A stretch of DNA of 64,000 nucleotides, taken from NCBI GenBank assembly GCA_963718665.1, contig OY970359.1, positions 640,001 through 704,000 on the forward strand, given 5' to 3'. The DNA is from an uncultured Phycisphaerales bacterium. Its GTDB lineage: Bacteria > Planctomycetota > Phycisphaerae > Sedimentisphaerales > Anaerobacaceae. Each line of letters opens with the position of its first letter. The stretch's first letter is position 1. The translations under genes and the position numbers were made by a program. This document shows, piece by piece, positions 47,725 through 57,550 of this stretch. The notes below the pieces were generated by a model. It was not told the origin of the DNA and did no database searches. It worked only from the letters and a program-made list of their open reading frames with translations.

Positions 47725-49287
47725 ATGGAAAAAATAAAAATATACGATACGACACTGCGAGACGGGATGCAGACCGAGGGAATCAGTTTTTCTCTTGAAG
47801 ACAAGTTGGCCATCGCCGGATGTCTTGACGAACTCGGCGTGGACTACATCGAGGGCGGTTATCCAGCATCGGGTCCAAAAGACACGCAGTTTTTCGCGGA
47901 GGTTGCGAAACTGGGTCTGCGGAACAGCAAAATAGCCGCATTCGGCAGTACACGCAGAATCGACAACAAGGCGGAAGACGATACCTCTCTTAACGCGATT
48001 GTTTCCTGCAAGGCCCCCGCCGCAACCATCGTGGGAAAGACCTGGGATTTGCACGTTACAAAAGTTCTCAACTGTTCGCTTGAGGACAATATCACGGTAT
48101 GCGCCGACTCGGTGAAATACCTTAAAAAGCACGGTCTTGAGACGATTTTCGACGCCGAGCATTTTTACGACGGCTACAAGGAAAATCCTGAGTACGCCCT
48201 GAAGGTGCTGCGGGCAGTGGCTGAGGCGGGAATCGACGCGATTGCGCTTTGCGACACCAACGGCGGCACACTGCCGAACGAGATTTATGAAATCACCAAA
48301 ACCATTTACGGACAGTTAAAGCCCCTGACTATCGGCATCCACACTCATAATGACAATGACTGCGCAATCGCCGGCTCGCTGGCGGCAGTCCACGCGGGCG
48401 CAAGGCAGGTCCAGGGGACAATCAACGGGCTTGGCGAACGCTGCGGCAACGCAAATTTGTGCACGGTTATCCCAAACCTGGCGTTTAAGATGGGCTTTGA
48501 CGTGCTGACGCCGGAAAAAATCAAGTCAATAACCGAAGTGTCGCGTTTTGTCTTCGAGATTTGCAACCTGACGCCGGTAACGAATATGCCATACGTGGGC
48601 GAAAGCGCATTCGCCCACAAGGCGGGGCTGCACGTTGACGCCCTGCGAAAAAACAAACGAACATACGAACACGTTGACCCGGCACTGGTCGGCAACGAGA
48701 GACGATTCCTTATCAGTGAGCTTAGCGGCAAATCAAATATCCTCGCGGAGCTGGAAAAAGCGAAAATAACCGAAGACAAAAAGCTGGCGAAAAAAATTCT
48801 CGAACGCGTGCAGAACCTCGAAAACGAGGGTTATCAATTTGAGGCGGCCAACGCGAGTTTCGAGCTGCTCGTGCAGAAGATTATGGGGACATATAAGCCG
48901 GCTTTCGAGCTTATCAGGTACGCCACGAAAGTCGAGAAACGCAATACCGGCGAGCTTATCACCGAAGCTACGGTCAAGCTGAAAATCGGCGAACAGGTTG
49001 AGCACGTGGTCGGCGAAGGCGACGGCCCGGTTGACGCACTCGACGCGGCGCTGCGAAAATCGCTTGAGAACTTCTACCCCGCAATAAAGGATATGCACCT
49101 TGTTGATTACAAGGTCCGCGTTGTCAACGGCCGTGAAGGAACTGCCGCCCGCGTCCGCGTAATTATCGAATCGCGAGACAAGAAAGATATCTGGGGGACC
49201 GTCGGTGTATCGGAGAACATCATCGAGGCGTCATGGCAGGCGCTCGTTGACTCGGTCGAATACAAGCTCCAGAAGGACCTTCGATAG
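47725..49287 (+). CDS. cimA: Citramalate synthase
   Basis: YDTTLRDGMQTEG, FDAEHFYDG, HTHND, AFAHKAGLH, WGTVGVSENIIEAS. Confidence 0.93.
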   Translation: MEKIKIYDTTLRDGMQTEGISFSLEDKLAIAGCLDELGVDYIEGGYPASGPKDTQFFAEVAKLGLRNSKIAAFGSTRRIDNKAEDDTSLNAIVSCKAPAATIVGKTWDLHVTKVLNCSLEDNITVCADSVKYLKKHGLETIFDAEHFYDGYKENPEYALKVLRAVAEAGIDAIALCDTNGGTLPNEIYEITKTIYGQLKPLTIGIHTHNDNDCAIAGSLAAVHAGARQVQGTINGLGERCGNANLCTVIPNLAFKMGFDVLTPEKIKSITEVSRFVFEICNLTPVTNMPYVGESAFAHKAGLHVDALRKNKRTYEHVDPALVGNERRFLISELSGKSNILAELEKAKITEDKKLAKKILERVQNLENEGYQFEAANASFELLVQKIMGTYKPAFELIRYATKVEKRNTGELITEATVKLKIGEQVEHVVGEGDGPVDALDAALRKSLENFYPAIKDMHLVDYKVRVVNGREGTAARVRVIIESRDKKDIWGTVGVSENIIEASWQALVDSVEYKLQKDLR

Positions 49288-49316
49288 TATTATATCGACC
49301 CGCTTTGGCTAATTCA

Positions 49317-50052
49317 TCAGGCAACGATTTTTGCATCGGCCTGTTGCGTCTCGGCAGGCGTATCCATTCTTTTTCTTTTCCTGCGGTTTATGGTTCGCGA
49401 TATCTGCTCGACGGGTATTGAGCCGGTGGCCATTTCCAGCGCTTGTTCGGCTGTCGCGGCGAAGGCATCCGCGCCGATTTCCTGCCACAACCCTTCCGCA
49501 CGGTTGAACAATCCGCCTGAGACCATAATTTGCATATTCGGATTTGCGCTAACGTCTTTTATGCGGTCGATAAGCTGACGAATGGAAGGCGCCTGCCTGG
49601 GGCTTGTGCCGTAAACCAGTAATACATCGGGAGAGTATTCGTGGATGTAGGTAAGGATATCGTCATTGGTAAGTCCGCCGCCGAGGAAGCGCACGTCCCA
49701 GCCGTCGCTTTCGAAGAGGTCAGCGATAATCTGGCCGCCAAGCTCCTGCAACTCATCCGGCGCAGCATACCGCGATTTTTTTGTTTCGGGCCTGCCTTCG
49801 CGGCAGCTTGTTCTGCAACTGGTCAACTATTGTGCGACTGATTCTTGTGGCTAAGTGTTCCTGTGCGAGGGTTATCCGCTCGGCCCTTAACAGCCGTTCA
49901 ATCTCGACCATTGTGGGCCAGACAACCTCCATATAGACAAGATTAGTGGGCGTTCCGCTCTGCAGCGTCTCTTCGATGACTAACCGGGAATTTCTTCTAT
50001 CCCCTCTTAAAAGGGAATCCAGATACCTCTCGACGATTTCCTCTCTAATCAT
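49317..50052 (-). pseudogene. Cobalamin-binding-domain protein (helical cap + Rossmann), apparent frameshift near 49760
   Basis: AQEHLAT cap in one frame; DELQELGG...DGWDVRFLG...IMVSGG...IGADAFA in the other. Confidence 0.75.
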
Positions 50053-50337
50053 AATCTTTCTCCAAATATTTTGTCTGCCACAATCTTTGCCCATTTCAAC
50101 ATCAGCGGGACTCCAAAATCCCAAAATGTTAATATGGGTAATATATGAATCGGAAATGGCACTTAAAATTCTTTAGTTAAAATGGGTAATCTACGTAATT
50201 AAGGAAATATATAAAGGCGAGTTTTAACAGGCGTGAACCATTTTAGACCAATCATTGTGCAATCAAGCCGATATTATAGGGCTTTCTCGGCAAAACAATA
50301 GTAGCCGGATTTTTTTGCTTTGGTGTGAAAATTTAAT

Positions 50338-50796
50338 CTAACTATTTTCGACGTCAGGCCCCTGCCCCGTATCCGGAGGCGTGTGCGGCGGCGGATGGGG
50401 CATATTAACCTGTCTGCAAACGACCGACCGTTCGCCAAGCATAGTGTCGTTGGCAAACAACTGGAAACGATATTCGCCTGTGTGCTGAAAAACCACACCC
50501 ATCAGGTTAATCGCAACGGTTACGATTTGCCTGACATCCTTGAAATCCACGGGCTGGCCCTGCTCGAAGATGACCTTGTCCTGGTTATCTATATCGACGA
50601 GGCGAATCTTAAGGCGGGTAACGCCGTGGCCGTTGGTCATCTCGCAGAAAAATATGAGCTGGTCGTGGCGCACGGGGTACCTGGGGGCGTTGATGGTTTG
50701 AATAATGTTTATGATGCTGGGCATTCCCGATATGCGGTCGAAAATCACCCTGTCGCAGACAATAACGGAAAGCAGAATCGGAGCAACCTCATCCAT
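50338..50796 (-). CDS. Hypothetical beta-rich protein (DUF6941-like)
   Basis: 152 aa; IVCDRVI.D..SG..SII, F..TGEY.FQL pattern. Confidence 0.65.
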   Translation of the reverse strand: MDEVAPILLSVIVCDRVIFDRISGMPSIINIIQTINAPRYPVRHDQLIFFCEMTNGHGVTRLKIRLVDIDNQDKVIFEQGQPVDFKDVRQIVTVAINLMGVVFQHTGEYRFQLFANDTMLGERSVVCRQVNMPHPPPHTPPDTGQGPDVENS

Positions 50797-50848
50797 TTTG
50801 AATCAATCCCTTCGTGCAAAGACGATATTAAAAAAATTATCCTGGTTT

Positions 50849-51703
50849 TCAGGCGTTGCTTTCAAGCATTCCGCGGAGTCGTTCCATTTCGCCGTCTTTC
50901 ATACGATAACAGTGTTCGGTATCGGGGTATTTGCCCGCCCTGACCTGGTTTGCGTATTCGGCGAAGGCGGCGATTGTGGCGTCGCCGAGGTTGGCGAAGC
51001 TTTTGGCGAACTTCGGCTGATGTCCCTGTGACAAGCCGAGAATATCAGGAGCGATGAGAACCTGTCCGTCGCAGTGCGGACCTGAGCCGCAACTAATAAC
51101 GGGGACATCGCTTTGCTCGGTGATTATTTTGGCGACTTCGGCGCAAACGCCTTCGAGGAGCAGCGAGATTGAGCCGGCGTTTACCATTTGCTTTGCAAGG
51201 GCGATAAGCTCGGCGGCCATTTCGGCGGTAGAGGCCTCGGCCTTGAACCTGCCAATCCTTGATATGCTCTGGGGCCTGATGCCGATATGCGCCATAACAG
51301 CCATACCGGCGTCGTTGACTGCTCTGATGACATCGAGGTATGCACTTGATGCCTCGATTTTTATCATTTGAGCGCCACATTCAGAGGCGAATCTTCCGGC
51401 GTTTTTGACCGCCTCGGCTATGCCTACCTGGTAGGACAGGAAAGGCATATCCGCAATGAGGCATACATCGGGGGCGGCTTTCCTGACGGCGGCGGTTATA
51501 GCGACCATAAAATCCATAGTCGCGGGGAGGGTGGAATCGTGCCCAAGGATAACCTGGGCGGCTGAATCGCCTACAAGTATAATCTCGACGTCGGTCTGGG
51601 CGACGAGCTTGGCCGTGGTATAGTCATAACAACTAACTGCCACAACCTTACGACCATGTTGTTTGGCGTCAATTAAATTGGCTACCGTGATTTTGCCTGC
51701 CAT
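50849..51703 (-). CDS. panB: 3-methyl-2-oxobutanoate hydroxymethyltransferase
   Basis: CYDY, ILVGDS, IADMPFLSY, MAHIG..PQ, GSGPHCDGQVL. Confidence 0.95.
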   Translation of the reverse strand: MAGKITVANLIDAKQHGRKVVAVSCYDYTTAKLVAQTDVEIILVGDSAAQVILGHDSTLPATMDFMVAITAAVRKAAPDVCLIADMPFLSYQVGIAEAVKNAGRFASECGAQMIKIEASSAYLDVIRAVNDAGMAVMAHIGIRPQSISRIGRFKAEASTAEMAAELIALAKQMVNAGSISLLLEGVCAEVAKIITEQSDVPVISCGSGPHCDGQVLIAPDILGLSQGHQPKFAKSFANLGDATIAAFAEYANQVRAGKYPDTEHCYRMKDGEMERLRGMLESNA

Positions 51704-51994
51704 TTGAATACCCCATAAAATAACAACCAACCTGTTAGAATATAGTGAACAAACAGGAGTAATCAAGCGTAAAATTGCAACGTTTTTATGATGATTTTCG
51801 GGTTTTGAGAAAATTTTACGGTTTTTTTAATAAGAGGACTTGAACTGAGACGTCTCTAAATGTGTAGTAATATAGGAAATTACCTTAAAGAATTTCGGGG
51901 TATTAAGGCGATTATTATAGAAAGGCAATAATGGAGCCACAGAGGACATTGACATAAGCAATCATTTTATTGGGCTTTTCATCACCCTCCTCCG

Positions 51995-52030
51995 AAGCCA
52001 GGTTCTTAAACAGGAATCTGGCTTTTTTAT
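51995..52030 (+). terminator. Orphan plus-strand intrinsic terminator
   Basis: AAGCCAGGTTC-loop-GAATCTGGCTT plus T-run; no plus-strand gene upstream. Confidence 0.75.
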
Positions 52031-52133
52031 TTCAATATTTAGAATATAGTCAATAATCACCTTATCGCTGCTGTTAATTTAGGCAAAATGGGGTTTTGGG
52101 GACATTTTAAACCCTTCGATTCAACATCACCTA

Positions 52134-52892
52134 TCAGGCATTGAGGATATACTTTGCCATTCTTGGTGGCCGACCAAGCATATCGGTAATATAGTGAATC
52201 AAGATGTCCTCTACATTTTTCAGGGTGGTTTGGGAGGCAGAGGCAAGCAATTTCGAGTCGGCCAGACATTTCGCCGCTTCAGCAGTCAGTCGTATTTTGT
52301 CGGGGAAAGGCCCCTGGCAATCCCTGCAAATCAGGCCCCTGGCGTTATTACTGAAATACGTTTCCGACCAGCGAGAATCGAAACGATTTCTGCAATTTAC
52401 GCAATAATCGAGAACGGGGCATAAGCCGATTTCCGTCAGCAGAACAAGTTGAAACACTATCAGGTTCGCCAGGATTTTGCGGTGCTCATCATTTGAGCTT
52501 CTTTCCTGGCTGCTATCATGAATGAACTGAAGCAAACTGTCAAACAGGCCCGGGTGGGGGTCATAATCATTGACCAGGGCATTCACAAGCTCGGCGGCAA
52601 GCAGGCAGGCGTTCAGCGCAAAGATATCCGCCGACAGCACCGGGTAATTCACCATGCCCGCAAGCGGCTCAAATTCAGCAAGGGTCGCCAGCTTGTCCCT
52701 GCCTGAATCCGAGAAGACAATATCGCCATAAGAAAATATTTCGATGGGGCCTCCGAAAGATGATTTCTGTCTTTTCGCGCCTTTGGCTATTACAGGAACT
52801 TTTCCCGTTTGCCTGGCAAAAAAAGTTACCACCTGCGATGTTTCGGAGTAGTCAACTGCCCGGATGCAGATGCCATGGTCATTGGTCAGCAT
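52134..52892 (-). CDS. recO: DNA repair protein RecO
   Basis: DYSETSQVV, GK..VIAKGAKR, CVNC...CRDC zinc finger. Confidence 0.93.
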   Translation of the reverse strand: MLTNDHGICIRAVDYSETSQVVTFFARQTGKVPVIAKGAKRQKSSFGGPIEIFSYGDIVFSDSGRDKLATLAEFEPLAGMVNYPVLSADIFALNACLLAAELVNALVNDYDPHPGLFDSLLQFIHDSSQERSSNDEHRKILANLIVFQLVLLTEIGLCPVLDYCVNCRNRFDSRWSETYFSNNARGLICRDCQGPFPDKIRLTAEAAKCLADSKLLASASQTTLKNVEDILIHYITDMLGRPPRMAKYILNA

Positions 52893-53374
52893 TTTGGACG
52901 CCGTTTATTCGAGATAATTTTTCGTTTTTTATCATATACCAGCCCGAATCCCTGCTGCTGCAGAATTTCATCTTCGAGCTGATGCATTATTTTTGCTTTT
53001 TTCGGCTGTAAGTCATCAAAGCCGAGATTATGCAGCAGACCATGGGTGATATAAAGGGCAAGCTCCGCCTGAGGGGAATGGCCCCGTTTAACGGCCTGCA
53101 TTTTCGCCCTTTCGCCGTTTACGACAAGCTCAAACAATCTTGGGCCGTTCTTACTTTCCGACAAATTGAACGCCAGGCAATCGGTAAAATTTTTATGGTT
53201 AAGGAATTCGATATTAAGCTTTCGCATACGGCAATTGTCGACTATAGCAATACTGACGGTTGCCTTTGTCAGGCGGAATCGCTTGCAGATTACGCGCACA
53301 AGTTTTATGAGCTTGCGACGCGGACAAGGGATATTTTTGAAATCGCGAATGATATGAACAGTTACGCCTTGCAT
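52886..53374 (-). CDS. ybeY: Endoribonuclease YbeY
   Basis: LN..F...TDCLAF, HGLLHNLGFDD. Confidence 0.88.
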   Translation of the reverse strand: MQGVTVHIIRDFKNIPCPRRKLIKLVRVICKRFRLTKATVSIAIVDNCRMRKLNIEFLNHKNFTDCLAFNLSESKNGPRLFELVVNGERAKMQAVKRGHSPQAELALYITHGLLHNLGFDDLQPKKAKIMHQLEDEILQQQGFGLVYDKKRKIISNKRRPKC

Positions 53375-53389
53375 AGTTGGTATATCGCT

Positions 53390-54892
53390 TTACTGGTCCT
53401 GTTCGGACGGCATATCGGGCGGCTTGGGATAGGCGATTCGCCCGTGGTAGTGGGCCGCGAGGGTTTTTGACACGCTCGCCTCAATCAGGCTAAGCTCTCG
53501 CAAAGACAAGTCGCACTCGTCAAATTGGCCGTCCTGCAGACGCTTCATCGCCATATTATGCACAACGGCTTCAATCTTTAATGGTGTCGCTTCCGGCAAA
53601 GTCCGTGTTGCACCTTCGACGGCGTCGGCGAGCATAACGATTGCGGCCTCTTTTGTCCGCGGCTTTGGGCCGGGATATCGAAACTCGCCTTCGGAAGGAG
53701 CCAGCAAATCAGAAGAATCACCTTGCTCGTGCTGTTTCATCGCTTCATTGTAAAAATACTCAACAAGCGTTGTGCCGTGATGTGTTTCGATGAATTGTCT
53801 CAGGACGGCAGGCAAACCGTACTCTTTTGCCAGTTCCATACCGTCTTTAATATGTCCGGCTATAATCAACTGGCTCATCGCGGGCGAAAGCTCCTTGTGC
53901 CAGCTTATTGAGCCGAGCTGGTTTTCGACAAAGTAGCCCGGCTTATTTATTTTGCCTATATCGTGATAGTATGACCCGACTCTGCACAAAAGGCCGTTGC
54001 GTCCGATTGCTTCCGCGGCGGCCTCGGCAATGATGCCAATGAGCAAACTGTGACTATAGGTTCCCGGTGCTTCCATAGCGAGCCGTCTCAGCAGGGGCTG
54101 GTTTGCGTCGCTGTAATCCAGAAGGGTCATACTTGTCGCGATTCGGAAAACCTTTTCGAGGACGGGCAGGAGGCCCTGTATCATCACGCCGACAAGAAGA
54201 GTAACCGCGGCGTTTGGGCCTGCGGCGGCGAATAAATTCCCCGGCAATTCGGGGGCAGAAAGATACCTCATAGCGGTTGACATTATAAAAACAGTTACAG
54301 CCGCCACCAAACTTACCTCCAGGAGCCGCATCCTGGTGCGGATTTCCTTGAGTAAGAAGCAATATGGCAGCGCACCGGCGAGCATAGTAAGCAAAACGCT
54401 TAAGTCCGTTACCTGCCCTGTCGCTAAAGAAGCAAGGACGCAGTAAACAAAGCTCATCGCCATAGCGAACCGCTGATTATACGCGATAGTTATGATAAGG
54501 GCCGTAGCGACGGCGGTGCCAGTGACCCAGAATACCTGGCCGGCCAGCAACACCGCTAATTTCGCACAAATCAACATTGAAATAATCAGAACGACCAGTC
54601 CTATCGTCCTGACGCGGTTTTTAATAAGTCGTTTTTGATATTGAGAGATATGGAATGCGGCGGCCAGTCCAACCAGGACAACCACTGTAACAATCGCGGC
54701 AAACCGGCCATAGGTCATCTGGCCTGTCGGGTCATATCCGAGCACCGCCACGGACAACAACACAAAGAGCAGCCAGACAGCCGACGAGTAAATGACGTCG
54801 GGGTCCGCCAGCCGGCTCAGGTCGGCAAACTGCTTTGCCACTTCCTTTCGCACCCGACTTCGCCGCTGATTTGTCCTGTTAAAAAATCCCAC
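53390..54892 (-). CDS. 7TM-HD family phosphohydrolase (PgpH-like)
   Basis: Multiple TM segments; EAPGTYSHS, YHDIGK, HHGT, MLADAVE. Confidence 0.9.
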   Translation of the reverse strand: MGFFNRTNQRRSRVRKEVAKQFADLSRLADPDVIYSSAVWLLFVLLSVAVLGYDPTGQMTYGRFAAIVTVVVLVGLAAAFHISQYQKRLIKNRVRTIGLVVLIISMLICAKLAVLLAGQVFWVTGTAVATALIITIAYNQRFAMAMSFVYCVLASLATGQVTDLSVLLTMLAGALPYCFLLKEIRTRMRLLEVSLVAAVTVFIMSTAMRYLSAPELPGNLFAAAGPNAAVTLLVGVMIQGLLPVLEKVFRIATSMTLLDYSDANQPLLRRLAMEAPGTYSHSLLIGIIAEAAAEAIGRNGLLCRVGSYYHDIGKINKPGYFVENQLGSISWHKELSPAMSQLIIAGHIKDGMELAKEYGLPAVLRQFIETHHGTTLVEYFYNEAMKQHEQGDSSDLLAPSEGEFRYPGPKPRTKEAAIVMLADAVEGATRTLPEATPLKIEAVVHNMAMKRLQDGQFDECDLSLRELSLIEASVSKTLAAHYHGRIAYPKPPDMPSEQDQ

Positions 54893-54923
54893 CTGTGCTC
54901 CCTTTGTTTATTTCACAAAGACA

Positions 54924-55895
54924 TCAAGGCGTTACGTTTTCCGTTCTTGGTTTCGGTTTCGTGGAACGGCCGTTCTGATAGGCGCGCACGATGCTCTGAA
55001 CGAGCCGATGCCGGACGATATCGACTTGCGTAAGCTCGACGACGCCGATACCCTTTATGCGGCGCAGGCGTTCGATTGCCTCGACTAAGCCGCTTTTTTG
55101 CCCGTGGGGCAGGTCTATCTGTGTTATGTCACCTGTGATTATCATCTTGGAGCCGCGTCCCAGCCGGGTAAGGACCATCAGCATCTGCAACGCCGATGTA
55201 TTCTGCGCCTCATCGCAGATTACGACCGACTCATTGAGAGTCCTGCCCCGCATAAAAGCAAGCGGTATAATCTCGATGATGTCCATATCCATAAATTCTC
55301 GCATCTGGCCGAAGTCCATCATATCTTCGAGAGCGTCGAACAGCGGGCGAAGATAGGGATTTACTTTTGCCTGAATGTCGCCGGGGAGAAAGCCGAGTTT
55401 TTCGCCTGCCTCGACCGCGGGCCGGGCGAGGATTATACGTCTTATCTGTTTTCTTTTGAGCATCGATACGGCGACGGCAACCGCGAGATACGTCTTGCCT
55501 GTCCCCGCGGGGCCTATGCAAAACGTAAGGTCATTGTTGAGCATCGCCTGGATATATTTGAGCTGTCTTTTGCTGGACGGCTCGATTACCTTTTTGTGCG
55601 AGTAAACGGCAATCGCCTCCGGTGACTGCGGCTCAGCGGAAACGTCAATATCCGAAAGTATGCTGCCGACGTCATCAGCGGTGAGCGAGGCACGTTTGAG
55701 CAGGTGCTTTTGCATTTTGTCGATAACTTCCACCGCCCTGTTGACGTTCTCTGCTTTGCCTGCAATGAGGAGATTGTCCTGCCGGGCGGTTATCCTGACA
55801 TCGAGGGCGTCGCGCACCATTCGAAGATTAGTATCAGCAGGCCCGAACAATTCGAGCTGTTTGCCGATCGAATCGAGTTGTATTGTTATCTCCAA
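54924..55895 (-). CDS. phoH: PhoH-family ATPase
   Basis: GPAGTGKT, RPAVEAGEKLGFLPG, AFMRGRT, DEAQN. Confidence 0.93.
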   Translation of the reverse strand: MEITIQLDSIGKQLELFGPADTNLRMVRDALDVRITARQDNLLIAGKAENVNRAVEVIDKMQKHLLKRASLTADDVGSILSDIDVSAEPQSPEAIAVYSHKKVIEPSSKRQLKYIQAMLNNDLTFCIGPAGTGKTYLAVAVAVSMLKRKQIRRIILARPAVEAGEKLGFLPGDIQAKVNPYLRPLFDALEDMMDFGQMREFMDMDIIEIIPLAFMRGRTLNESVVICDEAQNTSALQMLMVLTRLGRGSKMIITGDITQIDLPHGQKSGLVEAIERLRRIKGIGVVELTQVDIVRHRLVQSIVRAYQNGRSTKPKPRTENVTP

Positions 55896-55904
55896 GAGTT
55901 TCCT

Positions 55905-56762
55905 TTAGTGTCTCAAAAAAGAAAAAAACAAATAGCCGAACGGCGCCGTGATTAAAATCGAATCAACGACATCCAAAATACCACCGAAGCCCGGGACGCT
56001 GTTTGATGAGTCCTTGGTTTCGGCATCACGTTTGAGCATCGATTCGGCCAAATCGCCAAGCTGACTTAAAAAGGCGAAAATAACACCGAAAACAATAGCC
56101 AGCCGCCAGGACATTATATCACAAAATACAGCAAAGGCCACTGCTACCACGGCCGCCAAAACCACCCCGCCCGCCATACCTTCCCAGGTTTTTTTGGGGC
56201 TGATTACTGGGGAAAACTTGTGTTTGCCGAAGAGCCGACCGGCGGTGTAAGCCCCTATATCAGAACACTTTACGACAAAAATCAGCATCAATAAATGCCA
56301 GGGGCCAAAGTCAATATATGTCGCTGGCGCAAACGCACCCAACAATCCAAGATATAATATCGAAAAGCAGGCGGCTCCGCAGTTGGCGAGAACTCCCGAC
56401 AAGCCATACCGAATTCTTTGATACAGGAAACACGCCATAAGGGCAAAACTCAGTAAAAAAAAGATGAACCCGCCCGTCAACGTCAAACGCGGAAGCCAAT
56501 AGCTGCTGGTCGCCAGCAATACCGAGACGGGAATCGAAACCGGCAGAAGGATTTTGGTTCCTTTCACGGCGGCAAGTTTTGATATCTCAAATAATCCTGG
56601 AATTATCAATAAAGCAACAAGAACAGCCACTGCCACGCCGCGAAACGGTTTGTCGTCAATAGTTGGGGCCGCCATAGAGCCATCGAACCGGCCACTTAGC
56701 AGGACGATGCCGATGAACGCGATGGTCATCAGTGTTCCGAAGATAAGCCGATATTTGAGCAT
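55905..56762 (-). CDS. cdsA: Phosphatidate cytidylyltransferase
   Basis: SDIGAY, ISPKKTWEG, GDLAES..KR...KDS...PG.GG..D..DS. Confidence 0.93.
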   Translation of the reverse strand: MLKYRLIFGTLMTIAFIGIVLLSGRFDGSMAAPTIDDKPFRGVAVAVLVALLIIPGLFEISKLAAVKGTKILLPVSIPVSVLLATSSYWLPRLTLTGGFIFFLLSFALMACFLYQRIRYGLSGVLANCGAACFSILYLGLLGAFAPATYIDFGPWHLLMLIFVVKCSDIGAYTAGRLFGKHKFSPVISPKKTWEGMAGGVVLAAVVAVAFAVFCDIMSWRLAIVFGVIFAFLSQLGDLAESMLKRDAETKDSSNSVPGFGGILDVVDSILITAPFGYLFFSFLRH

Positions 56763-57527
56763 TTAGGCGTCCTTCGAATCAACAACGGAGCCGAAACGCC
56801 TTGTGCGTTTGGCGTATGCCAGTATCGCTTTTTCGAGGTCGGGCTGTTCTAAATCGGGCCAAAGCGTTTCGGTAACATAAAATTCGCTGTAAGAAATCTG
56901 CCAGAGCAGGAAATTGCTGACCCTGAGTTCATTTGCGGTTCGTATGAGCAGGTCGGGGTCGGGTATGCCCGCGGTGTAAAGATGGCTGCTGATGCAATTC
57001 TCATCGATATCATCCAGTTGAATCTTGCCCGCCTTGTGCCTGCGGGCGATTTCTTTTGCGGCGTCGATAATTTCCGCCCTGCCTCCGTAGTTGAGGGCAA
57101 GGGCAAAAATCATTCCTGTATTTTTAGAGGTTATCTCGATGGTTTTAAGAAGCTCGGTCTTGACTTCCTTCGGCAAAGGACCTATCCGGCCTAAGTGAAC
57201 CAGCTTGGCGTTATCCTCCATAAGCTTGGGACGCATCTTGACAAGATATTCGGCGTAGAGGTTCATCAGGGCGTTGACCTCTTCCATAGGCCTTTTCCAG
57301 TTTTCTATACTGAAGGAATAAAGGGTCAGTGCCTCGATTCCGAACTCGACGCAGAGGTGGGAAATTTTTTCGGCGGTTACTGCGCCCTGGCGGTGGCCTT
57401 CGGGGCGGGACAGGCCTCGTTTCTTCGCCCATCGTCCGTTGCCGTCCATTATTATCGCGATATGGCGCGGCATTTCTTCGGGTCTTATACCCAGCCGAGA
57501 GGCGGTTTGTGCAAGTTTGTTTTTCAT
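56763..57527 (-). CDS. uppS: Isoprenyl transferase (undecaprenyl diphosphate synthase)
   Basis: HIAIIMDGNGRWA, FSIENWKRP, NYGGR, RVSNFLLWQ. Confidence 0.95.
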   Translation of the reverse strand: MKNKLAQTASRLGIRPEEMPRHIAIIMDGNGRWAKKRGLSRPEGHRQGAVTAEKISHLCVEFGIEALTLYSFSIENWKRPMEEVNALMNLYAEYLVKMRPKLMEDNAKLVHLGRIGPLPKEVKTELLKTIEITSKNTGMIFALALNYGGRAEIIDAAKEIARRHKAGKIQLDDIDENCISSHLYTAGIPDPDLLIRTANELRVSNFLLWQISYSEFYVTETLWPDLEQPDLEKAILAYAKRTRRFGSVVDSKDA

Positions 57528-57550
57528 CGATTTGATAATCGACAGCAACC

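Noticed and set aside
49753..49755. Selenocysteine readthrough at the TGA in the B12-binding gene
   Set aside because: The same frame hits another TGA about 10 codons later; homology continues in a different frame
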